From Candidatus Marinacidobacterales bacterium (GTDB lineage: Bacteria > Acidobacteriota > Vicinamibacteria > Marinacidobacterales > SMYC01), in contig CBDCYI010000005.1 in NCBI GenBank assembly GCA_965224085.1, positions 1,312,001 to 1,376,000 on the forward strand: 64,000 bases of DNA. Direction: 5' to 3'. This document shows positions 38,514-49,491 of the stretch, piece after piece. The notes under the pieces were generated by a model that saw only the letters and a program-made list of their open reading frames with translations, searched no databases and had not been told where the DNA came from. Position 1 is the stretch's first letter. Each line of letters begins with the position of its first letter. Position numbers and translations under genes: made by a program.

Positions 38514-39521
38514 CTAGCCCGCCGCGTTCAGCTCGCTATGTAAGCGCTGTTTCGTCGCGTCGTTCGCCCACGTCGAATCGATGGTTTGCCGTATGAGCGT
38601 CTTGACGTCGTCCAAGGTGAAGCTGAGCTCGTTTACGAGCGCGCGATATTCCTCGTCGAGTGAGTTGCCGAACAATTTGGGATCGTCGGTGTTCACGGAA
38701 ACGAGAAGACCCTCGTCGAAGAAGGCACGGATCGGGTGCTCCTTCAGCTTCGAGACGACGCCGGTACGGAGGTTGGAGAGAGGGCACATCTCGACGGGCA
38801 ATTGGTGCTCTCGAAGGTATTCCACGAGGGTGGCGTCTTCGCTCGCGCGGGTTCCGTGGCCGATGCGCTCGACGCGCAACGTGCGGATGGCGCCCCAAAC
38901 GCTTTCCGGTCCAGCGGCTTCGCCCGCATGGGCGGTCGTGCGCAAACCGATCTCTCGCGCCCTCTCGAAGACGTGCTCATACGGCTCGGGCGGATGGTCG
39001 TGCTCGCCGCCACCAATACCGACACCGATGATCGCGAGCTCCTCCGAAGCCGCGATCTCCTCGAGCCATCCCCTGCCTCGCTCGGGGCCGAAATCGCGGA
39101 TGAGATCGGCAATCAGGTGAATCTCGATCGCGTCACGGTGTGTGTCGAGTCCGACACGCACAGCTTCGGTGATGCGGGCGACATCGAGACCGTGGATCAT
39201 ATGGAAATCGCCGGGCGAGTGAAAAGCCTCGACATAGCGGATGTTTTGAGCCGCCAAGTCGGCGGCCACCGCCGAAGCGATGAAAGTGAAATCGTCATAT
39301 TCCCGAATGAAGCCGTTTTTCCACATCCACGTCGAGAGGAAGTGAGCGAAGTCGCGATAGCGGAACTTCTCTTCAAGTGCTTTGATGGTGGGCACCTCGC
39401 TCGTGCCGTCATATTTCTGCACCAGCTCCCAGAGTGCCGGGAGCGGGATGGCGCCTTCGAGATGAAGGTGGATTTCCACCTTGGGGAGGCGACGGATGAT
39501 CGCGGCCTCGTCTGGCGTCAA
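38514..39521 (-). CDS. add: Adenosine/adenine deaminase
   Basis: LPKVEIHLHLEG, HAGE, RIGHG, CPLSN, NTDDP. Confidence 0.92.
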   Translation of the reverse strand: MTPDEAAIIRRLPKVEIHLHLEGAIPLPALWELVQKYDGTSEVPTIKALEEKFRYRDFAHFLSTWMWKNGFIREYDDFTFIASAVAADLAAQNIRYVEAFHSPGDFHMIHGLDVARITEAVRVGLDTHRDAIEIHLIADLIRDFGPERGRGWLEEIAASEELAIIGVGIGGGEHDHPPEPYEHVFERAREIGLRTTAHAGEAAGPESVWGAIRTLRVERIGHGTRASEDATLVEYLREHQLPVEMCPLSNLRTGVVSKLKEHPIRAFFDEGLLVSVNTDDPKLFGNSLDEEYRALVNELSFTLDDVKTLIRQTIDSTWANDATKQRLHSELNAAG

Positions 39522-40660
39522 AGGTTTTTCCGGGGATCGAAACCGGCCGTGCTCGGCTCGGGCTCTTCGTCCGCAGGCGTGAAATCCTCACCGGGATTGA
39601 TGAACCGGTTCATCTCGACCCGGTATTGGCGGTCGTAGAGCTCTCGGTACCGCCCGCCCTTTTTGAGGAGCGCTTCGTGATGGCCCCTTTCGACGATTTC
39701 CCCGTCCTCGATGACGAGGATCTGCTCGGAGCTTATGATCGTCGACAGGCGGTGCGCGATGACGAAAGTGGTCCGGCCGGTGCGCAGCGAGCGCAGACCG
39801 TCTTGAATCATCGACTCGCTCTCGCTATCGAGGCTCGAGGTCGCCTCATCGAGGATCAAAATCTTGGGATCGGCTAGAATCGCGCGCGCGATCGCGATGC
39901 GCTGGCGTTGGCCCCCGCTCAATTTGACGCCGCGCTCACCGACCACGGTGTCGTAGCCGTTGTCGAAGCCCGTGATGAACTCGTCGCAATGAGCGATGCG
40001 GCTCGCGTCTCGCATGTCTTGCTCGGAAGCGTCCGGACGCGAATAAACGATGTTGTCGGAAACGGTGCCGTCGAAGAGAAAGTTGTCCTGCAGCACCACG
40101 CCGAGATGTGAGCGGTAGTCGCCGAGTCGTATTTTGACTTGGTCTTTGCCGTCGATCAGCACCCGCCCCGACTCAGGTTGATTGAAGGCCAGGACGAGGC
40201 TCGCAAGCGTGCTCTTGCCGGAGCCGCTCGAGCCGACGAGCGCCGTCGTCGTTCCCGCAGGCGCCTCGAACGAAATGTGCTTCAAGACGGGAGCACCCTC
40301 CGTGTAAGCGAACGACACGTCCTCGAAGGCGATGTGGCCAACGACTATGGGCAGAGGCACACGGGCTTCGTCTTGGTCGAGCTCCGTCGAGCGGGAGCGG
40401 ATCTCCCGAATACGGTCGAGCCCCGCGAAAGCTTCGCTGAGCTGCGTGGAAATCGACGATATCTGCACGAGCGGCGCCGCGACCAGCCCGGTGAAGAAGA
40501 TATACATGACGAAATCGCCCAAAGTCATCGCGCCTGAAAGGATCGACTGGCCTCCGACGAGGATCATCAAGACTCCGACTGTGCCGAAGATGATCGTGGA
40601 CCCCGCAGAGACACCGGCCATGGCCGTCACCGCTTTTTTGACGTTTTCGAAGAGCGCGTC
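39518..40660 (-). pseudogene. 5'-truncated ABC exporter (MsbA/Sav1866-type half transporter)
   Basis: Intact NBD (GSSGSGKS, LSGGQRQ, ILDEATS) but only the last two TM helices; upstream sequence belongs to an opposite-strand gene. Confidence 0.85.
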
Positions 40661-40800
40661 CAGGGGTGGGGTCGAACGCGCTCGAGCAAGCACCCAACGG
40701 GGTCGATTGGCTCGTCACGCTCCGAGACACCACGACGGACTTGAGCCGCGTTATCCGTGTGAGCCCAGGTGGGCGGGTGCAGCTGGAAGACGAGTTGTGA
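40660..40800 (+). pseudogene. 3' remnant of probable FimT/GspH-like minor pilin
   Basis: ...WLVTLRDTTTDLSRVIRVSPGGRVQLEDEL* ends 11 nt before the pilV-like gene; no 5' end. Confidence 0.55.
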
Positions 40801-40811
40801 GGGGGCCAGGC

Positions 40812-41343
40812 ATGCCAGACATAATTGACAGAAGAAGCGAAACGAAGAGAAGAGAAAGCGGCTTCACGCTCATCGAGGTCCTCATGTCTATCGTCATTTT
40901 GAGCGTTGGGCTCTTGTCGCTGGCCCAGATGATGGTCTTGGCGACGCGATCGAACTCGCTCGCGGGTCGCATGACCTCGTCGGCAGCCCTCGCGCGTGAG
41001 CAGCTCGAACGATTGAAGGCCGCGCCTTTTTATTCCATCGCGCGTTGGGCCTTTTTATTCCAATCCGGCGTTACGAGCGCGCAACCCGGTGCTTCAGGAC
41101 GGGGGAGACGTCGAGGCGGGCGGCGGCGCCTACGTCCAGTTTTTCGATGAGAGGGGGCAGCCCGTGGCCGGAAACGGGTTCTATGAAGTCCGCTGGGAGA
41201 TCAGAAGCGTGTTCTCACCGGGGCTTCCTCTCGAAATGGTGGAGATCCGTGTGCGCTGCCTTCCGGCAGCGAGCATGAGCTCTCAGTTCGCGGTCATTGG
41301 GGATGCGCGGTTCACGACTTATCGAAGCGCGAGCGTTGGCTAA
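40812..41343 (+). pseudogene. PilV-like minor pilin, frameshifted by a 25-bp insertion
   Basis: RRESG/FTLIEVL prepilin motif; GCCTTTTTATTCCA duplicated at 41024-41037 and 41049-41062; removing 25 nt joins it to ORF 41089-41343. Confidence 0.85.
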
Positions 41344-41414
41344 CCGTGGGCGCGCTTTGTGCCCGCGGCATTCGCGTTGTTTATTGAGACGATTCATAAC
41401 GAGGAGCAACACTG

Positions 41415-42269
41415 ATGCACTCAACTCGAGCTTTTTCTCGTGACGAAGGTTCGGCTTTCGTCATCTCAATTCTGATCCTCTTCGTACTTACAGTCTTGGG
41501 CATGGCTGTCATGCTCACGACCACGACGGAAGCGGACATCGCGATCAACTATCGGTGGGGCGAGCAGGCGTTTTTCAACGCCGATGCTGCACTGGAATAC
41601 GGTAAGAACGTGATCGCGGCGTGGGTGCTCAGCAACGGCGATTTCGCCGGGCTCCTACCGCCGGCAAGAACTGACGTGACGGTACCGAATTCGGGCGCGC
41701 CGTGGGGCTTGGGAACGCCCGCGCATCCTGATACGAACGCCTGTGACTCGACGACTCCCGGTTGTCGCGACTATCAATATGGGGTCGATCGCTGCCAGCC
41801 GGATGGGTCCGGGCCATGCGTGCGCATCTATATCGGTCGCGTGCTGACGCGACCGGACGGTACGTTGACACAATACGATTTTCGATGCCATGCCACACCC
41901 TGCCCTCCCCAGCTTCAGCCCGCGGTGTACGGCGATTTGGATGGGGACGGTTTCGCGGATTTGGAAGGGAGCTTCACGATTTGGGCGCGTCGACCGATCG
42001 TCGGCGATCAAGACTACGGTGCTCCTACGGTAACGGAACCGCTCGGGCGTCACGATCGCGTCATCTTGACGGCGGAGGGGACGGCCCCTGGGGCGATGGG
42101 CGCCGGCGCGGGACGGCCGGTATCGCTGCGGCGTTTGGAAATGACCATCCGGCGACCGAGCGGGGGCCTAGAAGGTGACGAATATTCCGACACGAGTCGC
42201 GCGAGCGACGCGGGCGTTCGGCGTACGACCTACGGGCAATCGAACGCGGTCGACTTCCCGGCGAACTGA
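41415..42269 (+). CDS. PilX-like minor pilin
   Basis: RDEG/SAFVISILILFVLTVLG...QAFFNADAALEYG; RBS GAGGAG. Confidence 0.82.
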   Translation: MHSTRAFSRDEGSAFVISILILFVLTVLGMAVMLTTTTEADIAINYRWGEQAFFNADAALEYGKNVIAAWVLSNGDFAGLLPPARTDVTVPNSGAPWGLGTPAHPDTNACDSTTPGCRDYQYGVDRCQPDGSGPCVRIYIGRVLTRPDGTLTQYDFRCHATPCPPQLQPAVYGDLDGDGFADLEGSFTIWARRPIVGDQDYGAPTVTEPLGRHDRVILTAEGTAPGAMGAGAGRPVSLRRLEMTIRRPSGGLEGDEYSDTSRASDAGVRRTTYGQSNAVDFPAN

Positions 42270-42301
42270 GACTCCGTTTCAAGATCGAGGACGAGAAAAT
42301 C

Positions 42302-45300
42302 ATGCGCTCTTATCGAATCATCAAAAGAACTCTCTTGGCTCTCATCACCGTCGGTATCGCGATCACCTTTACTCAGACGGGGCGGGCCGCACCACCCTGT
42401 CTCGTCGAAAGGGGTCTCAACCCGCTCGATATCATTGGGTCCGGCGTCCTTCACAACGTTTGGGTCATGCTCGGCACCTCCAGGTCGATGGACGACCCGT
42501 TCCAAGGTGGGGCATGCATTCCAGGGGTCGATTGCAAGATCGACATCGCGAAGGACGTTATCAAGGAGCTCATGGACCGGATAGTGGATGCTTCGGGGCG
42601 ACCTCGCGTCAATTGGGCTTTCGTGCACTACGGCGCCGGCTTGAGCAACAACCCGTTTGGTCGGGGAAAGTGCCTTCAAGTCGACGCGCCGGCAGATTTG
42701 GATTTTTTCCCGGACAAACCCGGTGAATGCGTCGGCCTCGAGGATACGGCTTTCGTTTCTCCTCCGCTTTGTGGCGACGATTCGAGGGGGGCCATCCGGA
42801 CAAAGCTCGATGGTATCGTTAGCGGGGGCGCTACGCCGCTCGGCATCACCTACACGGATATCGCGGAATACCTAATCGGAGAGCAACGCCCGGACGACCC
42901 CACCGTGAGCGCGAACACGACCAATTTCGTGGATGGCCTCCTGCCCGACCAGAAGAATTTCGTCATTCAGGTCACGGATGGCAACGATACGTGCGAATGT
43001 GAATTTGGTGGATACCCTGGCTTTGCCTTGACGCCTTCCGACCCCTCGAAAAGGTGTACCTATTCGCTGGCGGACCCCCCTTCTTCCGAACCCCACCAAC
43101 GACCCGGCGTGCGCCGACCTGGTGCCGCGTCCCGTCAAGATGCGGCCGAGCTCGACCGACCCTTTCATGGAAGAGGACTCCATTTTACCTGATGTTACCG
43201 TACCAGGATCTATCCAAAACGCCGGACGCGATGTCGCGGCTTACAACGCGGGCCTCAAAGGCGAAGCCGCGCTCAAGGCGATCGATCCTAATCTCGACGG
43301 CTCCCAAGGGAATCTCTTCACGATCGGGATGGATTTGTCAGATACGGACAAGAGGAGGATCAACACGATCTCCTGGCTGTCGAGCGGCGCCCGCCTCCCC
43401 GGTCGCGATGTGTCCTTAATGAACAAGGCGCTCTTTGCGAGTGACAGGGAGGGACTCGTCGCCGCGTTCGAGGACGTCCTCGACCGCATTGGCATTCCGA
43501 CGTCGGAAGTGTCTTTCGGCCCTTCGACCGTTGCCTCGGTGAGGGAAGTCGTCCCCACGCACACGAATACGGACGTGTCGGCCATCGAGCTGGACCCAGC
43601 AGGGGCGGCCAGTGCTGGCAAAATTCGTGAGGCGCGGATCGAGCGCGCCAACCACCGCAACAACGTTTTGTTCACGACGACCGCGGAGATACCGAGCTTT
43701 CGCGGTCATTTGAAAGCGTTCAATATTTATACGGTGACCGACCCAGCTTTCCCTCGCACGGCGCGTGAAGCAGATTTCTCGTTGATTTGGGACGCCGGAG
43801 TCGAGCTTCAAGACGACGACCCGGATGCGCGTCCCATTTTTTTCAACCGAGAGGGGGAAACCCTAGTCCGGGAATTCACCACGGTCGAAGTTCGTCCCGA
43901 GGATCTCGGCGTCATGGCTGGCTATCTGTCCGAGCTCGACGGGATCGGCGCACTGACCGATGAGCACGCGAGAGATATCGTCGTCAAAGTCACACGTGGC
44001 CACCGGCTCTCTGTCCATCCGACTACCGGTACGATCTACAAAGTGCCGTGTCCCTGCATAAATACGGACCTGAATTTCTCTACTCTGGACGAGAACGGCG
44101 ATCCTACGTGGAAGCTCTACGAGAACACCGCCGGGTCGATTGCGGTGGTAGCGAACCCGCCGCGGTCGCCCGATTTCGATCCGCCGCTTGCTCACGCCGC
44201 CGAGTATGGCGTCGGCGGCTCGGTCGCTGGTGACGGCTTCTTCTGGGACCACTTCAACCGAAAGACGATCGTTTATTACACATCCAACTTCGGAATGCTG
44301 CAAGGCTTCGAAGGGGAAACAGGCAAGGAGGTCGTCGCGTTCATTCCGGACGACATCGTCGGGCTAGCGCTCACTGAGGTTGCGGGAAGCCGGGACACGT
44401 TGAAGGACGTCGTCAAGAACGTCGTGACGAACAATAACGGCATTATCAATCACAAATTTACGGCATCGGGACGCGCGACCATCGACGACGCGTTCCTTCG
44501 CGCCGATAACGGCGAAGACGATAAATGGCACTCGATGATCGTGTTTGGCCGCGGTAAAGGGGGGCGTTTCATCACCGCGATGGACATTACTACCGTCCCG
44601 AGCGCCCCGAACTCCATCCGCTTGTTGTGGAATCGCGGTAATCGCGAACTTCCAGTCATGGAAGGGCCGATCGACGGGCTAGGCGAGACCTTCTCGACGC
44701 CCGTTCTAGGAAATGTCGATACCCGAGGTCCGAGCACGCCGCCCGAGGAGGCCGATCAATGGCTCGTTTTTGCCGGCGGTGGGTACGGTTGTGACAACCC
44801 CGAGAACGAAGGGCAGAACCTCTTTGCTTTTCGCGCCGAAGATGGCGTCATCTACTACACGGCCTGGGCCGGAAACGACTCCTCGGCCGCGATCCCGTAC
44901 AACGCGCTTCCCGCAAGGCCGACGCTATTCAACCCTCATGATGCGGACACTCTAGACCCCAAAGACTTCGTGACGCGCGTCTATATTCCGGACGTACAAG
45001 GCAAAGTCCACAAACTTGTCACGACCGATCCGGACCCTGCGAACTGGCAATTCACCGTCTTCGCGGAGATGGGAACCGATCATCCGATTACCGCACCGGT
45101 CACGCTGCTGGACGACCCGTTCACGCCGGATCGCGTCTTCGTCATGGCGGGCTCTGGAGGCGACAGCCGGGCCGCCGTCCCTGTCGACGGCTTTGGGTTT
45201 CGCATCTGGCTCGACACCGACGTCGAAGGCACGGCGACGACGCAATACCCTGTGGGATCGCCCGCTAGTTTCGAGACAGCGTTTCAGAACGAGGAAAGGA

Positions 45301-45689
45301 TGACGGGACAAGCCGTGACCTTGGGCTCCATCGGAGACCCGGCTCCCGCCACGGTATTTTTCGTCGCATCGGAAGGTGAATTCGACACCTTGGCTTGCAC
45401 GTCGTCCTTCTTTAGCACTCTTTACGCTATCGGCGTCGAGTCGGGCCAGCCGGAATTCGACCTCGACCCAGATTCCCCGGGGGAGACATCGACCTCTCTG
45501 GGAGAGGGCAAAGCAACCCTTTTCGGGCGCGACGGGAACCTCTATGTCACCCGAAGTGGCGGGCTAGACGTGAACGCGGACGTAAGCGTTTTTGGCGACG
45601 GCAATTTCGACGACGACTCCATGCCTTCTGGCAGCGGTCCTTTCTCCATTCAGCTCTCCGTGGAAGGATTTCGTATCTCGCCGTTCTAA
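42302..45689 (+). pseudogene. PilY1/PilC-like adhesin split by frameshift(s) near 43040-43120
   Basis: Signal peptide, vWA-like motifs (GTSRS, TPL, VTDG) in ORF 42302-43192; propeller-type motifs (GETFSTP, GGGYG, PDVQG) in ORF 43122-45689; follows pilV-pilX. Confidence 0.75.
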
Positions 45690-45930
45690 CGATTCGTAGC
45701 CCGGTGGAAAGAATCTGACCGTACAGGTCTCGGAGGAACCGCCTCCTAGGCTGAATCCATTCAGCGGGTGGCCGGACTCGCTCCGTATCGGTTGTCGGCG
45801 GCCATTGTAGGTCCGTACAGCGACGCAATCAATCGGCGCTACGCACGGCGTTCGACCAGGAAGTGGGGAAGCGCGACCTCGAGAAGTTCAGACGACCTTC
45901 CGGTACAAGAGCGCGTTGAGCTTGGTATCG

Positions 45931-46046
45931 ATGATCTTCGTCGACACCTCGTTTTGGGTCGCCATTAGGAATCGTCTCGACGCAATCACGAACAAGCAAC
46001 ACAGTTGCTGCGCGACAACGCCGGTGTGCGGGTTTCGTCGAGCTGA
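45931..46046 (+). pseudogene. VapC/PIN toxin N-terminal relic
   Basis: MIFVDTSFWVAIRNRLD then, after a 1-nt shift, NHEQATQLL; truncated. Confidence 0.65.
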
Positions 46047-46067
46047 GAGCTTGATACTGCTGCCGCT

Positions 46068-47378
46068 TCAGAGCAAGTGGCGAGCTTTGACGTCGAGATA
46101 TTGGTTGATGACTTCAGCGGCGAGCTGGTTGGGAACCACTTCGGTCGCGTGGATCCCCGAGGCCCGCAAACCGAAGAGTCTCCGCTCTTGCGCCGCGAGC
46201 ATCTCCGTTGCCGCGGCGACTTGATACGCTTTCAGGTCGGTCCCCGGCAGCTGTTCGGCGAGGCCGATGAGAGGCAAGTCTTTCAGGAGCACGCAGAGAA
46301 AAAGGTGCGATGATATGAGCGTTCGCAAGTACCGGCCGATGGCGTCGAGATGCTGATCGTCGAGCGCGTAAGTGACGAGCAGAACGAGAGCGCGCTTTTT
46401 CTGGCGGCGCAGTAGCTCCTCGCAAGCGAGGCCGTAATCCGAGGCCTCGTGGCGAGGCTCCAGATCGTAGGTTTTTTGGATCAAAGAGTGGACGGCCGCC
46501 TTTCCGCGGATGGGGCCGACGTAGCGCTCGATGCAGTTGGAAAAAGCGATGAGCGATACGTTGTCCCCTTGACCGAGCGCGATATAGCTCAAGATGACCG
46601 ATGCATTGAGACCGCGGTCGAGATGTGAGATGCCTTCGGTCTCGTTGAGCATTGAGCGCCCGCAGTCGAGCAGAATGACGATGTTCTGATTTCTCTCGGT
46701 CGTGAATTCTCGACTGATGAGTTTTTGGTGTTTGGCGGTGGCGCTCCAGTCGATGTGGCGCATCTCGTCCTCGCGCCGATACTCCCTGAGCCGTTCGAAC
46801 TCGCCTTCCTTTCCGCGGAGCCTCCAAAGCTTGAGTCCCATTTCTGAAAGGCGGTTGCGCCGAGCGAGCAAGTCGAACCGCCGCACGGTTCGGATGTCGG
46901 GATAGATGCGCACTTCGTTCTCGAGCCGCCGCCGTACGTTGCGCGTCCAAAGCCCGAGGGGACTCTGATAGCGAAAGTGCACGAACGTGAATCGATTGGG
47001 GCCGCGTCGCTGCGGATAGACGTGATAGGTCACCTCGACTTCACGCTGCGGTTTGAGCTCGATTTCCATGGGCAGCCCTTCGACGCGGCTAGGCTCCGGC
47101 GGTTCATCAGTGAGCTCGAGCGTCATCGGTCCTGGAGCGCGGCTCAGGAGTCTTAGCACAACCGGGTTCTGCGCCCCGACGCTCAAAACGTCCGACACTT
47201 CCCGCAAGGTCTCGAATCGGTCGGGGCGGACGGTTCGGTAAAGGTCGACGCCGGCAACGAGAGCGAGCACTCCGTTTATGGCGAGCCCGACCAGCGTGAA
47301 CGCCGGGTACCACATCCCGAGCACGAGAGCGGTGCCCGCGAGTGCTATATATCCCAGAAGCGGCGTGCGAGGGATCAC
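46068..47378 (-). CDS. DUF58 / vWA-like protein
   Basis: P..RG, V.IYP, EFERLREY...DEMRHIDWSATA, LDCGRSM; GTG overlaps moxR stop. Confidence 0.9.
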   Translation of the reverse strand: MIPRTPLLGYIALAGTALVLGMWYPAFTLVGLAINGVLALVAGVDLYRTVRPDRFETLREVSDVLSVGAQNPVVLRLLSRAPGPMTLELTDEPPEPSRVEGLPMEIELKPQREVEVTYHVYPQRRGPNRFTFVHFRYQSPLGLWTRNVRRRLENEVRIYPDIRTVRRFDLLARRNRLSEMGLKLWRLRGKEGEFERLREYRREDEMRHIDWSATAKHQKLISREFTTERNQNIVILLDCGRSMLNETEGISHLDRGLNASVILSYIALGQGDNVSLIAFSNCIERYVGPIRGKAAVHSLIQKTYDLEPRHEASDYGLACEELLRRQKKRALVLLVTYALDDQHLDAIGRYLRTLISSHLFLCVLLKDLPLIGLAEQLPGTDLKAYQVAAATEMLAAQERRLFGLRASGIHATEVVPNQLAAEVINQYLDVKARHLL

Positions 47379-48364
47379 GATCTTGGGGCCGTCACCGTGC
47401 CCAGGATCTGAGCCACGACACCGTCCGTCGTCTCGCCTTCGATCTCGGCTTCGGAGCGCAAGATCAAACGATGCCGCAAGACCCAGGGCGCGATTTCCTT
47501 GATGTCGTCGGGTGTCACGAAATCTCGCCCGCGGCATGCCGCCAGCACACGCGACGCGATGAGCAGATTGACGCTTCCTCGAGGGCTCGCCCCGACGGCG
47601 ACCGAGTGGAAACCGCGTGTCTTGGCTACGATCTCGGTGATGTACTGGATGACTTTGGGCTCGACGATCACATGCGAGGCGGCAAGTTGGGCGGCGATTA
47701 CGTCCTCCGCCTGCATCACCGGGTTCAGATCGAAATCGCTCAGTTCCCGAGGATCGCGTCCTTCGGCATAGTGCGCCAGGATTTTGTTCTCGTCCTCGTT
47801 CGTCGGGTAATCGACGAGCAGCTTGAACATGAAACGGTCGATCTGCGCTTCCGGCAGCGGATAGGTGCCTTCGTGCTCGAGCGGGTTCTGGGTGGCGAGG
47901 ACGAGAAACGGGCGCCTCAACCGATAGGTTTTGCCGTCCGCGGTGACCTGGTGCTCTTGCATGACCTCGAGCAGAGCGGATTGCGTCTTTGGTGGCGAGC
48001 GATTGATCTCGTCAGTGAGGAGCAGGTTGGTGAACACCGGCCCCGGCTTGAAGTGGAACTCTTGCTCCTTCATGTCGAAGACGCTGTGGCCGGTGAGGTC
48101 CGACGGCATCAAGTCCGGGGTGAACTGGATACGGCGAAAGTGGCAGGAAACGGTCCGCGCGAGAACATTGACTAGAAGCGTCTTTCCGAGGCCAGGCCGG
48201 CCTTCGAGCAAAATGTTGCCTTCGGAGAACAGCGCGACGAGGACGCCTTCGATCAGGCGCTTTTGACCTACGATGACTTTGCTCACTTCGGCGCTCACCG
48301 CCTCGAACAAACTCGCAACCCGATCTAGGGCCATCGGTTCCGGAATGTTCCGTTCTTCCATCAA
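47375..48364 (-). CDS. MoxR-family AAA+ ATPase
   Basis: G.PGLGKT, RIQFTPDLMPSD, DEINR, ATQNP.E.EGTYPLPEAQ.DRF. Confidence 0.96.
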   Translation of the reverse strand: MMEERNIPEPMALDRVASLFEAVSAEVSKVIVGQKRLIEGVLVALFSEGNILLEGRPGLGKTLLVNVLARTVSCHFRRIQFTPDLMPSDLTGHSVFDMKEQEFHFKPGPVFTNLLLTDEINRSPPKTQSALLEVMQEHQVTADGKTYRLRRPFLVLATQNPLEHEGTYPLPEAQIDRFMFKLLVDYPTNEDENKILAHYAEGRDPRELSDFDLNPVMQAEDVIAAQLAASHVIVEPKVIQYITEIVAKTRGFHSVAVGASPRGSVNLLIASRVLAACRGRDFVTPDDIKEIAPWVLRHRLILRSEAEIEGETTDGVVAQILGTVTAPRS

Positions 48365-49491
48365 TGACTCCTCACTATCGCCTTGCGCCTCACTACTGCC
48401 AATGATCTCAAGATATGCGCGACGCGGCCACGCTCGAGGCTCGGGCTTCGCGCCGCCCGCACCGCCTGGTCGACCGCGGCGGCAGACTTCACATCGTCGC
48501 GCAAGGCGCGCTTGTCGAACTCGAGATGACGCTCCCGGCCCGACAGGCGTAGACCAAAATCCTGTCGAAAGAACTCGAGATAGGGGACGATCAGCTTGGA
48601 CCCCGAGCCCACCTTGAAGTGGAGCATGCCGAGGGCCTCGGCATGCTCGACGAGGCTTCGCCGCGCCGAGCTCGCCGCTCTACGGAGCGGTCCGAAGCGC
48701 CGCCCCACCATCCAGCCGAAGAGCAACGTGATAACGAGGAGCTGGATCGTCACGACGCGAAACGGCGATTCGAACAGAATGCCCACGACGCGAGGAGCTC
48801 CGGCCTCGTTCATCTCTTCGTCGAAATAGACCGAGCCCTGGGGCGATGCGGATTCCACGATGCGAAATGCGAGTAGGCCGTGACCCTCGGTCGCGAGGGA
48901 GCGGTTCGTGAAAATGTAGTCGCTCGCCACGACGACGACGACGCCGTCACCGATCGGTCGCCACATCACTTGTGGCGACCCGTCGACGCTGAGCGTGACG
49001 CTCACATCCGATGCCTCGCTCTGGACTTCGCCAGCGGAGACCCAATCGACTTCGCCGACGTTGAAATCGGTGGCGAAATCGGTGACGAAGCCCGGCGCCT
49101 CATCCTCTTGAAGAGCCGCGGTGGCTGGCACGACACGGATGTGGAAGGGCTCGAGTGCTATGGCCGGGTCTTGCTGCCGGGCGGCGAACACCAGCGCGTG
49201 TCCTCGAGCGACCCAGTCGAAGAGAGTCTGCCACTGGGCGCGATCGGGATAGCGTGCGGGTCCGAGCATCAAGAGCACATCCGCACCTTCCTCCGCGGGG
49301 ATGAGCGAGCCCGAGCTTCGCTCGACTCGGTCCAAGAGCTCTTGGGCCAAAAGAAAAAACGCTTTTTTCCCAGCCGAATCCTCGCTGAAGGAATCGATCG
49401 GGGTGCGCGCCTCGGGTGCGGGGATCAAGCCGTAGCCCACGGCAACGAGCATCAAGAGCGCGCCCACCCAAAGCCATTCGTTTTGTCTCAT
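48361..49491 (-). CDS. DUF4350-like membrane-anchored protein
   Basis: N-terminal TM, G.KAFF.L, WV..G..L, FTN..L, FDE, RFGP motifs; operon position. Confidence 0.75.
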   Translation of the reverse strand: MRQNEWLWVGALLMLVAVGYGLIPAPEARTPIDSFSEDSAGKKAFFLLAQELLDRVERSSGSLIPAEEGADVLLMLGPARYPDRAQWQTLFDWVARGHALVFAARQQDPAIALEPFHIRVVPATAALQEDEAPGFVTDFATDFNVGEVDWVSAGEVQSEASDVSVTLSVDGSPQVMWRPIGDGVVVVVASDYIFTNRSLATEGHGLLAFRIVESASPQGSVYFDEEMNEAGAPRVVGILFESPFRVVTIQLLVITLLFGWMVGRRFGPLRRAASSARRSLVEHAEALGMLHFKVGSGSKLIVPYLEFFRQDFGLRLSGRERHLEFDKRALRDDVKSAAAVDQAVRAARSPSLERGRVAHILRSLAVVRRKAIVRSH

